64,000 bases of DNA from Candidatus Dormiibacterota bacterium (GTDB lineage Bacteria; Chloroflexota; Dormibacteria; Aeolococcales; Aeolococcaceae), in the NCBI GenBank assembly GCA_003162415.1, contig PMOL01000012.1, forward strand, positions 16,728 to 80,727, written 5' to 3'. Of the stretch, positions 19,227 to 29,411 are shown piece after piece. How positions within the stretch are numbered: position 1 is the stretch's first letter; every line of letters starts with the position of its first letter. The position numbers and the translations under genes are program-made. The notes beneath the pieces are model-generated. The model did no database searches. It worked only from the letters and a program-made list of their open reading frames with translations, and had not been told where the DNA came from.

Positions 19227-21572
19227 TCAGCCGGCCAGCTTCTGCGGGAGACGTGGGAGCGCGGGGCCAGGCATCGCAATGCGCAGCGGTATTCGCGCTG
19301 CGGCGGCGAGATCGAATTCCTCGGCCGGGACGGGCCGGCCCATCAGGTAGCCCTGGGCCGCGTCGCAACCGAGGTCGTCGACCAGCTCGAGGGCATCGAG
19401 GTTTTCAATTCCCTCCGCGACGATGCGCAGGCCCAGTGAATGGGCGAGGTCGACTGTCGAGCGAATGATCGACACCGCGCGCTTGTCCTCAGGCGCGCCG
19501 GTGAGAAAGGTGCGGTCAAGCTTCAGCTCGCTGACCGGCAGCCGGCGTATGTACGTCAGTGAGCTGAACCCGGTGCCGAAGTCATCGATGGACAGCTCGA
19601 CCCCGAGTGCGCGCAGCCGCTCGAGGACGAGCAGTGCCTGCTCGGGGTCGGCGATGAACGAGTCCTCGGTGATCTCAAGGATCAGGCGATTTGGCTTCAC
19701 CTTGCGCTTGGCGATCAGCACAGCGATCTTGTCGGGCAACTCGTCGTCGCGAAGGCTGGCGGCCGAGATGTTGACCGAGACCCGCACGTCGTATCCCGCC
19801 ATCGACCATCGCGACTGCTGGACCAAGGCCTGGTCGAGCACGTCCATGGTGAACGGGCCCATGAGGCCGGCATCCGCGATCAGGCCGAGGAACGTGACCG
19901 GCGGCAGGACGCCGCGCGACGGATGGCGCCAGCGCGCCAGCGCCTCTGCCCCGGTGACCAATCCGGATGCGAGGTCGAGGATCGGCTGGTAGAAGAGCAC
20001 GATCTCCCCGAGGCGTAGCGCATCGCGCAGATCCTCCATGAGCTGGAGCCGCTCGCGGGCGTTCTGGTCGTAGTCCGACGAGTACACCTGCCATGGGGCA
20101 TGGGAGCGTTTGGCCGCGAACATGGCCACATCGGCTTTCTGGAGCAGGGTCTCGGGTGCGGTGCCGTGCTCGGGTGCCAGGGCGATGCCGATGCTCGCAT
20201 CGACGCGAAGGCTCATGCCCTCCAGCTGAAACGGCTGTCTCAAGACTTCGCGAACACGTGTTGCCACCTCGACCGCCGCCGCAGCATCAACCGGTGCCGA
20301 GAGCACCAGGCCAAACTCGTCGCCACCGAGGCGTGCGAGCGTTCCGCTGCTTCCCACGGCATCGGTGAGACGAGGGCCGAGCTGGCGCAGGACATCGTCG
20401 CCGACGTGGTGGCCAAGGCTGTCGTTGATCTCCTTGAATCGGTCGAGATCGATCATCAGTACAGCAGTCGTGGCTTCGGCCTCGGATTCGAGGCATGCGG
20501 CGAGGCTCTCGAAGAAAAGCCGTCGATTTGGCAGGCCGGTCAGCTCGTCGGTTCGGGCCTCTCGCCGGCTGTCCGCGAGCGCGCGGAGCTGCCGAAACGC
20601 ATAGGCGGATCGGGCGATGGCGATCAGGAGGGTTGCGACGGCCAGGATCACCCCGAGGGAGATCGATCGTCCGGCCGCATACACCACGATTCCCAGCGAA
20701 CTGAGCAGGAAGAGGACCGGAACCACGTTGGTTGGTCGAATGGCCGAAATGCTCTTGGCAGCCGACACCCCCATACCCTGCCAGGCTGCGAAGGCCATCA
20801 GAAACGTGCCGATGAGATACAGGCTGTCCAGCGGCGTACCCGTGACGTACGTATTCGTGGTTACTTGCAGCACGAAAACGCTGTCGGCGGCCGCGAACAG
20901 AACGAGTCCGGCGCCGAGAGTCCACCAGAGGCGTCCCGGGCGCCAGCCTCGAACGGCAAACACCGCGACGACCATGGTGACGAGGACCATGTCGCCGATC
21001 GGATACGCGATGTTCGTGGCGACGGTTGCGTTGCTAACCCCAGTGCTCGCCTTGATGATCGGAGCGATCACCAGGGTGGACTCGAGCGCGGCGACCCCGA
21101 GAGCAGCGATCAGACCGTCGATCCAGATGGTCTTCGACGTATGTGGGACGGTCTCCCGCACCAGGAGGCCAATGCCGGGGAAGGCGAACACAAAAAACGA
21201 CAGGAAGCAGGCGTCGGATATCGAGGGATAGGGGAGTGGGGTGAAGTACTGCACCCAGCCGGTCCAGAGGACCGACCCGGCGGTGAAGAACCACAGGCCG
21301 ACTGCCAGAGCTCCCCAGCCCCAGCGCCCGCGCCGTCGCGCGATTGCCCGCCAGGTGCACAGTGTCGCGCAGCCCACATATCCGACATTGGCGACCCAGA
21401 CATCAAAGAAGTAATCCGACGTTCCGGGTTTGCGAAGAATCGTCGACCCGAGGTACAGCAGGGTGAGAACGCCAGTGACCAGCCCGAGGGGCAGCACGCC
21501 TCGGGGCCAGCGGCGTCCCGTCGCGGGGATCCCCAAGGCGAGTCGGCGCAAGGCTGAACCCTCCGGCATCAC
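19227..21572 (-). CDS. Polytopic membrane GGDEF-EAL (c-di-GMP turnover) protein
   Basis: ~330-aa N-terminal multi-TM domain, then RTDELTGLPNRR...GGDEFGLVL (GGDEF intact), EALARWRHP...DDFGTGFSSL...AEGIE (EAL intact). Confidence 0.9.
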   Translation of the reverse strand: MMPEGSALRRLALGIPATGRRWPRGVLPLGLVTGVLTLLYLGSTILRKPGTSDYFFDVWVANVGYVGCATLCTWRAIARRRGRWGWGALAVGLWFFTAGSVLWTGWVQYFTPLPYPSISDACFLSFFVFAFPGIGLLVRETVPHTSKTIWIDGLIAALGVAALESTLVIAPIIKASTGVSNATVATNIAYPIGDMVLVTMVVAVFAVRGWRPGRLWWTLGAGLVLFAAADSVFVLQVTTNTYVTGTPLDSLYLIGTFLMAFAAWQGMGVSAAKSISAIRPTNVVPVLFLLSSLGIVVYAAGRSISLGVILAVATLLIAIARSAYAFRQLRALADSRREARTDELTGLPNRRLFFESLAACLESEAEATTAVLMIDLDRFKEINDSLGHHVGDDVLRQLGPRLTDAVGSSGTLARLGGDEFGLVLSAPVDAAAAVEVATRVREVLRQPFQLEGMSLRVDASIGIALAPEHGTAPETLLQKADVAMFAAKRSHAPWQVYSSDYDQNARERLQLMEDLRDALRLGEIVLFYQPILDLASGLVTGAEALARWRHPSRGVLPPVTFLGLIADAGLMGPFTMDVLDQALVQQSRWSMAGYDVRVSVNISAASLRDDELPDKIAVLIAKRKVKPNRLILEITEDSFIADPEQALLVLERLRALGVELSIDDFGTGFSSLTYIRRLPVSELKLDRTFLTGAPEDKRAVSIIRSTVDLAHSLGLRIVAEGIENLDALELVDDLGCDAAQGYLMGRPVPAEEFDLAAAARIPLRIAMPGPALPRLPQKLAG

Positions 21573-21795
21573 AAGCGTTCCTTGTGAGCACTTCCTGGTG
21601 TGATCCGCGCGGTGGTCATGAGCCGCCGCATGGCTGGAGCGGGTTCCAGCGTATCGACCGATTTCGTTTGAATCCGCCCGGCGGCGTTACGGAATCGAAA
21701 GGCGTGGTGCCGAACCCTCTCCGCCCTACCATCAGGTGTCACGTCACGCTGGCGCAGAGCGAGCGGTGACAGACCGGCCTGAGGAGGTATCCTCG

Positions 21796-22401
21796 ATGTC
21801 CATCGACCCAGCCAAGACCGCCGTCGTACTCATCGAGTATCAGAACGACTTCACCTCCGAGGGTGGCGTTCTGCACGGAGCCGTCGAGGCTGTGATGGAG
21901 AAGACCGGCATGCTCGCGAACACCGAGCGCGTCGTTGAAGCCGCCCGGTCGGCCGGGGCGACCATCATGCATGCGCCGATCATGTTCGCCAAGGGATACA
22001 ACGAGATCAGCGCGCACCCCTACGGCATCCTCAAAGGCGTCGTCGACGGCAATGCGTTCGTGAAGGGCACCTGGGGCGCCGCGATCACCGAGGAGCTCGA
22101 CCCGCAGGAGGGCGACATCGTCATCGAGGGCAAGCGCGGGCTCGACACATTCGCGAGCACGAATCTGGATTTCATCCTGCGCAGCAAGGGAATCTCGACG
22201 ATCGTCCTGGGCGGCTTCCTGACCAACTGCTGCGTCGAGTCGACCATGCGCAGCGGCTACGAGAACGGCTACGAGGTGATCACGCTCAGCGACTGCGTCG
22301 CGGCCACATCGGCGGAGGAGCACGACAACGCTCTCAAATACGACTATCCGATGTTCTCCAAACCGATGACGTCTGAGCAGCTCATCGCTGAGCTCAGCTA
22401 G
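21796..22401 (+). CDS. Isochorismatase-family cysteine hydrolase
   Basis: Start at ATG 21796 behind GAGGAGG: MSIDPAKTAVVLIEYQNDF...KRGLDTFASTNL...GGFLTNCCVESTMR (Asp-Lys-Cys triad pattern). Confidence 0.85.
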   Translation: MSIDPAKTAVVLIEYQNDFTSEGGVLHGAVEAVMEKTGMLANTERVVEAARSAGATIMHAPIMFAKGYNEISAHPYGILKGVVDGNAFVKGTWGAAITEELDPQEGDIVIEGKRGLDTFASTNLDFILRSKGISTIVLGGFLTNCCVESTMRSGYENGYEVITLSDCVAATSAEEHDNALKYDYPMFSKPMTSEQLIAELS

Positions 22402-22460
22402 CTCCCGAGCCACCGCTCGCGGGGGGCGTCCGCCCCGGCGGCGTCCCGCTCTGCACGGCT

Positions 22461-22496
22461 CTCTAACATTGTGCGATAATTCGAACAGTGTTAGAG
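22461..22496. promoter_or_regulatory. 36-bp near-perfect palindrome, candidate TetR operator overlapping -10 and start codon
   Basis: CTCTAACATTGTGCGA-TAAT-TCGAACAGTGTTAGAG (14/16 arm matches). GATAAT at 22475-22480 sits 7 nt before GTG 22488, suggesting a leaderless, autoregulated transcript. Confidence 0.5.
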
Positions 22497-23096
22497 ATAC
22501 CTACTCGTGATAGACGCGCCGAACGGCGCGATGCCGTCATCGCCGAGATCCTCGACGTGGCGTGGGAGATCGCGCGGACCGAGGGCCTCGCCGGGCTCTC
22601 CCTCCGAGACCTCGCCGCCAAGATCGGCATGCGGCCGCCGTCGCTGTACTGGTACTTCGAATCGAAGCGCGCGATCTACGACGCGATGTTCGTTCAGGGC
22701 AACCAGCAGCTGCTCGCGCGCCTCAGCGAGCAGGAGTGGCCCGACGATCCTCGAGCGGCGCTTCGCCTCTGCGCGCGCCTGTTTGTCGAATTCAGCATGG
22801 AGGACCTTCCGCGCTATCAACTGCTCTTCCTGCGGACCATCCCGAACTTCGAGCCCTCGGCCCACGCGTACGCGGTCGCGATGCAGGTCTATGAGCAGAT
22901 GCGCGATCGCTTTGCGGGAGCCGGGCTCGTCGGCTCTGCCGCATTCGACATATGGACTGCCCTGGTGAGCGGTCTCTCCGCACAGCAGATCGCCAATGAC
23001 CCGGACGGAGACCGGTGGCTGCGACTGATCGACGAGGTGGTCGACATGTACGTCGACCACATAACCGCTCCATCAAGACAAAGGAAGCGCACATGA
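22488..23096 (+). CDS. TetR/AcrR-family transcriptional regulator
   Basis: N-terminal HTH ...ILDVAWEIARTEGLAGLSLRDLAAKIGMRPPSLYWYFESKRAIY... Confidence 0.9.
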   Translation: MLEIPTRDRRAERRDAVIAEILDVAWEIARTEGLAGLSLRDLAAKIGMRPPSLYWYFESKRAIYDAMFVQGNQQLLARLSEQEWPDDPRAALRLCARLFVEFSMEDLPRYQLLFLRTIPNFEPSAHAYAVAMQVYEQMRDRFAGAGLVGSAAFDIWTALVSGLSAQQIANDPDGDRWLRLIDEVVDMYVDHITAPSRQRKRT

Positions 23097-23869
23097 CCGC
23101 AACAACCATCCCGGCGGGGACAACCACTCCCGCTGATGTCACGGCGATTCCGACGCTCGGTCACACCGAGGCGATGGGGCTTGCCGGCACCGAGTTCGCC
23201 CGGATGATCGATCTGCTGCGCACGCTGCGCTCTGATGAGTGGTCAACGGACACCGTGTGCAACCTGTGGAACGTGCGCTCGATGGTGGCGCATGTCGTCG
23301 GCATGGCTGATGCGCAGGCGTCGTTCCGCCAGTTCGCCCACGATTTTGGAGAGGCGCGAAAGCGCAGCGGTGGCGCCATGATCGACGCGCTCAATGCGTC
23401 CCAGGTACGCGACAGAGTGGACATGACACCCGAGCAGCTCGTCGATCGGCTCGCATCGGTCGCGCCCAAAGCGCTTCGATCGCGGCGTCGCACCCCCGCC
23501 GTCATGCGCAAGATGGTGCGATTCAAGCAGGACCCGCCGTTCGCGACCGAGCGCTGGCCTTACGGCTTCCTGGTCGACACGATCTTCACGCGCGACACGT
23601 GGGTGCATCGCCTCGATATCTCACGCGCCACCGGGCGTGAGATGACCGTCACCGAGGAGCATGACGGTCGCATCGTCGCCGGCGTCGTCGCGGAGTGGGC
23701 GCACCGCCACGGCAAGCCCTTCACGCTGAATCTCAGAGGCGCTGCGGGCGGTAGCTGGCGTGCCGGCGACGGCGGCCAACTCATCGAACTGGATGCGCTC
23801 GAGTTCTGCTGGACGGTCGCGGGTCGGGCAGAGGGCGACGGGCTGCTCGCCACGCCCGTTCCGTTCTAG
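23093..23869 (+). CDS. DinB-like / mycothiol-dependent maleylpyruvate-isomerase N-terminal-domain protein
   Basis: ATG 23093 overlaps the TetR stop (ATGA). ...LRSDEWSTDTVCNLWNVRSMVAHVVG...TRDTWVHRLDI, the TIGR03083-type pattern. Confidence 0.7.
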   Translation: MTATTIPAGTTTPADVTAIPTLGHTEAMGLAGTEFARMIDLLRTLRSDEWSTDTVCNLWNVRSMVAHVVGMADAQASFRQFAHDFGEARKRSGGAMIDALNASQVRDRVDMTPEQLVDRLASVAPKALRSRRRTPAVMRKMVRFKQDPPFATERWPYGFLVDTIFTRDTWVHRLDISRATGREMTVTEEHDGRIVAGVVAEWAHRHGKPFTLNLRGAAGGSWRAGDGGQLIELDALEFCWTVAGRAEGDGLLATPVPF

Positions 23870-23885
23870 GCGAATGCCGCCTTGG

Positions 23886-24908
23886 TCAGCGCATCCGGAT
23901 GAACGACGCGTTGCTCCGGTACTCGCCGAGCGAGCGCGCGTCCATGTACGACATGGAGCTGCGCAGCCCGGCCACGTAGCGCTGGATCACGTCGGCGACC
24001 CGGCCCTTGTAGGCGACGATCGACTCGGCGCCCTCGATGTACTCGGGATCCTCACCGGCGAATTCCTGCTGCACCGAAAATGAGGCTGCGCCGCGCATGA
24101 TCTTGAACTTCTTCCCGTCGACCACGATCACCCGCCCCGGCGCCTCGTAGGTCCCGGCGAGCGCCGAGCCGACCATCACCGCATCCGCGCCGAGCGCAAG
24201 GAGCTTGCACATGTCAGCAGGGTTGCGCACCCCGCCATCGGCGATGATGAGCGCGTGCCGGCGCACCTGCGCACATTCGTAGACGCTGTAGAGCGTCGGC
24301 GCGTGCACACCGGTTTCGGTGCGCGTCTCGCACACCGAGCCCCCCGCAATCCCCACACGGATCGCGTCAACGCCCTGGTCGTCGAGCCACCGGAACGTCT
24401 CGGCGGACGCGACGTTCCCGGCGATCATGAACGCCGCGGTGCCCTGGTCGCGGATCCAGCGCACCGCATGGGCGACCTGCTCGTGCGCGCCGTTGGCCGT
24501 GTCCAGGCACACGATGCGGCAGCCGGTCTCGACGATGCGCGCAAAGCGTTCGCGGTAGTCGCCGGTCACGCCGAGCGCAGCGGCGAGGGGCCCGCCCGTA
24601 GCCGCGACCTCACGAAGCTCTGCCGCCTGCTCGTCGATGGACTGGAAGCGAGGGAGGATGCCGAGGGCGCCGTCCTGGCCCAAGGCACGGCACATGTCGA
24701 CGCCGCAGACATCCGGCATCGGCGATCCGATCAACGGAACGGTCAGCCGCAGCGGTCCAAAGTCCACCACCGGCGAGGCCTCGGTCCGGTGCGCGAGCGT
24801 CGAGCGGACACGCGGCACCAGCGACACGTCATCGAAATCGAACGCCCGGGGCATCTCGGTAAAGAGGTCGCCGATGGCTTCGGCCGATACGGCGGCAACG
24901 GTTTGCAT
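23886..24908 (-). CDS. IMP dehydrogenase/GMP reductase family protein (no CBS pair)
   Basis: Start set at ATG 24908 (MQTVAAVSAE...): FDFDDVSLVPR...IGSPMPDV...GIAGGSVCETR (catalytic Cys loop)...IADGGVRNPADMCKLLALGADAVMVGS. The tracked N-terminal 56 aa overlap prfB and look non-coding. Confidence 0.8.
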   Translation of the reverse strand: MQTVAAVSAEAIGDLFTEMPRAFDFDDVSLVPRVRSTLAHRTEASPVVDFGPLRLTVPLIGSPMPDVCGVDMCRALGQDGALGILPRFQSIDEQAAELREVAATGGPLAAALGVTGDYRERFARIVETGCRIVCLDTANGAHEQVAHAVRWIRDQGTAAFMIAGNVASAETFRWLDDQGVDAIRVGIAGGSVCETRTETGVHAPTLYSVYECAQVRRHALIIADGGVRNPADMCKLLALGADAVMVGSALAGTYEAPGRVIVVDGKKFKIMRGAASFSVQQEFAGEDPEYIEGAESIVAYKGRVADVIQRYVAGLRSSMSYMDARSLGEYRSNASFIRMR

Positions 24909-24933
24909 GACTTCATTGTGGAATACTCGTGAG

Positions 24934-26053
24934 ATGACCGAGCTTGCAGAACGCGCCACCGACGTCGCCGCCCGTATTGCTGAGCTCCAGGGGCATCTTT
25001 GACCTCGACGGCAAACGCGTCCGTCTGAAGGAACTCGACCAGGAGATCGCCGCGCCGGACCTGTGGGACGACCCACGGAATGCGGCCGCGCTCAACCAGG
25101 AAGCCTCGCGCATTCGTGACGACCTCAGCACTTGGGAATCGCTGACCCAGCGTGCCAGCGATACGCGCGAGCTCGCCTCGATGGTCGAAGCGGAGCCGGA
25201 CGCGGCGATGACCCACGACATCGAGACGGAGCTCGCGGCCCTCGAGAAGGAGATCGGCCGTCGCCAGATCGAGCTCCTCTTCAGCGACCCGTACACCGAC
25301 CATGTCGCCCTGATCGGCATCCATGCGGGTGCCGGTGGCACCGACTCCCAGGACTGGGCGCAGATGCTCCTGCGCATGTACCTCCTCTGGGCGGAGCAAC
25401 ATCGCATGCCGGTCGAGTTCCTCGAGGAATCCGTGGGCGACGAGGCGGGCATCAAGTCCGCGACCATTCGTGTGTCCGGACCGCGCGCCTACGGCCTGCT
25501 CAAGGGGGAGCACGGCGTGCACCGTCTGGTCCGCATCAGCCCCTTCGATGCCGCCCACCGAAGGCATACGTCCTTTGTGCTCGTCGAGGTGACCCCCGAG
25601 ATCGAGGACACCGTCACCGTCGAGATCGACCCGGACGACGTCCGCACCGACGTCTTCCGTTCGAGCGGCGCCGGTGGGCAGCACGTCAACAAGACGTCCT
25701 CGGCGGTGCGGTTGACGCACATCCCCACCGGTGTCGTGGTCACCTGCCAGAACGAGCGGTCACAGCAGCAGAACCGGGACGTCGCCTGGCGGGTCCTGCG
25801 CTCGCGGTTGCTGGCGCTGCAGCAGGCGGCCCACGCGCAGAAGGTCGCCGATCTCAAGGGCGAGTTGATAGCGGCCGAGTGGGGGAGCCAGATCCGCTCC
25901 TACGTGCTCCAGCCGTACACGATGGTCAAGGACCACCGGACCGAGGTGGAGGTCGGCAATGCCCAGGGGGTGCTCGACGGGGACATCGACCCGTTCATCG
26001 AGGGATACCTGCACTGGGCGGCGCGCGAGGGCGCAGAATCGAAGGCATCCTGA
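24934..26053 (+). CDS. prfB: Peptide chain release factor 2, programmed +1 frameshift at CTT TGA C (24997-25003)
   Basis: Frame 0 MTELAERATDVAARIAELQGHL stops at TGA 25000-25002. The +1 frame continues DLDGKRVRLKELDQE... with the SPF tripeptide (RISPFD) and GGQ (SGAGGQHVNKT). An SD-like AGGGG lies 3 nt upstream of CTT, as in E. coli prfB. Confidence 0.92.
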
Positions 26054-26205
26054 TCGGACGGATCCCGGCCACCAATCCCTAAACGGAAGTGACCAATCTG
26101 TGAAACATCGCGGGAGTCTGCCGGAACCCCGGTTTATACTGGCCGCCGACCCAGCAACGATCCCAGAAGCCATCTTATGAAGACATCGCCCCAGGGGGCA
26201 GCCTG

Positions 26206-26961
26206 GTGAGCGTGGCGGTCGCGGAGCGATCTGCGGCACCCCCTCAGCACGCGCTGCGCCCGGTTATCTCGTTTCACGGCGTGAGCAAGGTCTACCCGAA
26301 TGGAACGGAGGCCCTGCGCGACGTTGATCTGGCGATCCATCAGGGCGACTTCTGCTTCCTGGTGGGCCCCAGTGGCGCCGGCAAGTCAACTCTGGTGCGC
26401 TTGCTGATCCGCGACGAGGCGCCCTCGACGGGCCGGATCTTCATCGACGGGCAGGAAGTGAGCCGGATGTCGCACCGCAAGCTGCCCAAGCTGCGGCGCA
26501 AGTTCGGCATCGTGTTCCAGGACTACAAGCTGCTCACACGCCGAACCGTGGCACAAAACGTGGCATTCGCCCTCCAGGTGACCCGGCCCGGCCAGCGACA
26601 TATGCGCGAGAAGGTGGAGGAGGTCCTCTGGATCGTCGGTCTCGAGGACAAGCTCGACAAGTTCCCGGACGAGCTGAGCGGTGGTGAGCAGCAGCGCGTG
26701 GCCATCGCCCGTGCGCTGGTGCACCGGCCCCGCATCTTCCTCGCCGACGAGCCCACCGGCAACCTCGACCCCGATACCTCGTGGGGCATCGTGCAGCTCC
26801 TCCTCCAGATCAATCACCGCGGGACGACCGTGCTCATGGCGACGCACAACCGCGAGGTGGTCGACCTCGTGCGGCGCCGCGTCATCGCCATCGACAACGG
26901 CCGGGTGGTCAGGGATGAGGCCGAGGGCAGTTACCTGCGCGAAGGAACCGCCACCCTGTGA
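26206..26961 (+). CDS. ftsE: Cell-division ABC ATPase FtsE
   Basis: [35 protein letters not shown]; followed by ftsX; classic prfB-ftsE-ftsX order. Confidence 0.93.
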   Translation: MSVAVAERSAAPPQHALRPVISFHGVSKVYPNGTEALRDVDLAIHQGDFCFLVGPSGAGKSTLVRLLIRDEAPSTGRIFIDGQEVSRMSHRKLPKLRRKFGIVFQDYKLLTRRTVAQNVAFALQVTRPGQRHMREKVEEVLWIVGLEDKLDKFPDELSGGEQQRVAIARALVHRPRIFLADEPTGNLDPDTSWGIVQLLLQINHRGTTVLMATHNREVVDLVRRRVIAIDNGRVVRDEAEGSYLREGTATL

Positions 26962-27851
26962 GGCAGGTCCTCGCCTCGCTGTGGTTCGCACTCCACAGCG
27001 CGGGACAGAACTTCAGGCGCAACCTCGGCGTCTCGCTCGCGGGCGTCTTCACGATGGGCCTGATCATCTTCCTGGTCGGCGGATCGCTCCTCTTCACGCA
27101 TTCGGTCGACACCGTGCTCCAGGGGCAGGAGCAGAACGCCAGCCACCTGAAGATCTACCTGTCCGACAACGCGTCGCTGGCGGCGATCACGAACTTCGAG
27201 AGCCGGCTCAAGCACGACCCACGGGTGATCTCGGTCACCTTCGAAACCAAGGACCAGGCCCAGCAGCAGGCGTCGCAGAACCCATCGATCAAGAGCGCGC
27301 TCGCGGTGCTCGGCAGCAACCCGCTGCCCGCGTCGCTGAACCTCGACGTCCGCAAGCTCACTTACCTGAGCCAGTTCAACGCCGAGGCAAAGGCAATGCC
27401 GATCGTCGACAGCACCACGCCGACCGACTACAACTCCGACGTCATCGGCAAGCTGAACACGGTCATCACGGTGATTGAGTGGGTCGGGGCGATCATCGCG
27501 ATCATTCTCCTGACCATCAGCATCGTGATCATCATGAATACGATCCGAACCGCGGTGTACTCACGGCGAACGGAGATCGAGATCATGAAACTGGTCGGTG
27601 CGACCGACTGGTTCGTCCGCTGGCCGTTCATCCTGGAGGGGATGCTCGGCGGGTTGCTGGCCGCGATATTCTCTGGGGCGGTGGTGTTCGGCGCGTACCG
27701 CCTCTTCGTGCAGGCGGCGCAGGGCAACCTGCTCAGCGTGCCCTTCGACACGCGCTACACGATCACTCTGCTCATCGTCCTCCTGGTCGGCGGTGTCGCG
27801 GTCGGCGCCTTCGGGAGCTTCCTCGGCGTTCGCCGGTTCCTTTCGGCGTGA
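26958..27851 (+). CDS. ftsX: Cell-division permease-like protein FtsX
   Basis: One TM, periplasmic domain, then three C-terminal TMs (...RTEIEIMKLVGATDWFVRWPFILEG...). Confidence 0.9.
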   Translation: MRQVLASLWFALHSAGQNFRRNLGVSLAGVFTMGLIIFLVGGSLLFTHSVDTVLQGQEQNASHLKIYLSDNASLAAITNFESRLKHDPRVISVTFETKDQAQQQASQNPSIKSALAVLGSNPLPASLNLDVRKLTYLSQFNAEAKAMPIVDSTTPTDYNSDVIGKLNTVITVIEWVGAIIAIILLTISIVIIMNTIRTAVYSRRTEIEIMKLVGATDWFVRWPFILEGMLGGLLAAIFSGAVVFGAYRLFVQAAQGNLLSVPFDTRYTITLLIVLLVGGVAVGAFGSFLGVRRFLSA

Positions 27852-27902
27852 CCCCGACGGCCATCGCGCCGTCCGTCTCCCCGATCTGAGGCGCTGGCGC
27901 CA

Positions 27903-29342
27903 ATGGCTCGAAGGACCCCCCCGATATACTCAGGGTTAGTGGCCGAACGATTTGACATCGCCATTCTCGGGGGCGGGATGGGCGGCTACCCCGCGGCGAT
28001 CCGCGCCGCCCAGCTGGGCCTCAGCGTGGTGCTGGTGGAGGAGGACAAGGTCGGCGGCACGTGCCTCCACCGAGGCTGCATCCCGGCCAAGGCATTGCTC
28101 CAGAGCGCCGCGCTCCTCGATGAGCTGCGGCACGCTGATACCTTCGGGGTCACCACCGGCGACGTGCACTTCGACTACTCGGTCGCCGGGCGCCGCCGCG
28201 ACCAGGTGGTCAGCCAGCTGCACAAGGGCGTGCAGTTCCTGCTTCGCAAGAACAAGGTGAGTGTCGTCAGCGGCCGGGGCCGCCTCGACGGTGCCGGGCG
28301 CCTGGTGGTCACGCCGCCGGCTGGGGACGCGGTTGAGATCGAGGCCGGTTCGGTGATCATCGCCACCGGCTCTCGACCCAAGCAGCTGCCCGGCAACCCC
28401 GCGGACGGCGCGGTGATCCTCACCAGCGACGAGGCTCTCAGGATCGACCGGGTGCCGGCCTCCGCGATCGTGCTCGGCGCGGGCGCGGTGGGCGTCGAAT
28501 TTGCGTCGCTCTACCGCAGCTGCGGCGCCGAGGTGACCATCGTCGAGATGCTGCCGAGCCTCGTACCGCTGGAGGACGCCGCCGTGGGCGGCGAGCTCCG
28601 CAAGCAGTTCGAGGCTCGGGGCATCACCTGCCTCACCGGGCACCGTCTCGACCTCGGGTCGATCGAGCGCAACGAGGGCGGCGTCGCCGTGACCGTCGCC
28701 GGCGAGGACGGCAAGGAGCAACGCCTCCAGGCCGAGCTGCTGCTGGTCGCCGTCGGCCGGGCAGCCAACGTCGAGAACATCGGCATCGAGGGGACCGGGG
28801 TGGTCGTCGATCGCGGGGTCATCGCCGTCGACTCGATGCTGCGAACCGGGGAAACCGGCGTCAGCGCCGTGGGCGACGTCGTGGGCGGCTTCCAGCTGGC
28901 CCACAAGGCGCTGCACGAGGGGGTCCTCGCCGTCGAGGCCATCGCCGGCCGCGATCCGCACCCGCTCGACCCCCGCCTCGTGACCCGGACCACCTACTGC
29001 ACGCCGCAGATCGGGTCCATGGGTCTCAGCGAAGCTGAGGCGCAGGCGGCCGGGTACGAGGTCGCCACCGGAGTGATGCCCTTCCGTGGGAACGGGCGCG
29101 CGCTCATCTGGGGTGAGAGCGGCGGATTCTGCAAGGTCGTCGCCGACAAGGCGGACGGGACCGTGCTCGGCGTTCACATCATCGGCCACGAGGTGACCGA
29201 GCTCATCTGGGGACCGGCCCTCGGTGGTCTGCTCGAAACCACCGCGTTCGAGATGGGACACGCGGTCGCGCCACACCCTACACTCAGCGAAGTGCTCTCA
29301 GAAGCTGCCCTTGCCGTGAGTGGCGAGGCAATCCACATTTGA
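27903..29342 (+). CDS. lpdA: Dihydrolipoyl dehydrogenase (E3)
   Basis: FDIAILGGGMGGYPAAIRAAQ, redox disulfide GGTCLHRGCIPAK, ...HAVAPHPTLSE. GTG 27939 (VAERFDIAILGGG) is a likely true start, possibly leaderless. Confidence 0.9.
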   Translation: MARRTPPIYSGLVAERFDIAILGGGMGGYPAAIRAAQLGLSVVLVEEDKVGGTCLHRGCIPAKALLQSAALLDELRHADTFGVTTGDVHFDYSVAGRRRDQVVSQLHKGVQFLLRKNKVSVVSGRGRLDGAGRLVVTPPAGDAVEIEAGSVIIATGSRPKQLPGNPADGAVILTSDEALRIDRVPASAIVLGAGAVGVEFASLYRSCGAEVTIVEMLPSLVPLEDAAVGGELRKQFEARGITCLTGHRLDLGSIERNEGGVAVTVAGEDGKEQRLQAELLLVAVGRAANVENIGIEGTGVVVDRGVIAVDSMLRTGETGVSAVGDVVGGFQLAHKALHEGVLAVEAIAGRDPHPLDPRLVTRTTYCTPQIGSMGLSEAEAQAAGYEVATGVMPFRGNGRALIWGESGGFCKVVADKADGTVLGVHIIGHEVTELIWGPALGGLLETTAFEMGHAVAPHPTLSEVLSEAALAVSGEAIHI

Positions 29343-29411
29343 GCGGCTGTGGAGCGTCGAAGCACCGCCGCCGGCGTCAGCTTCGTCCGGAGGGATGATC
29401 GACACGTGGCC

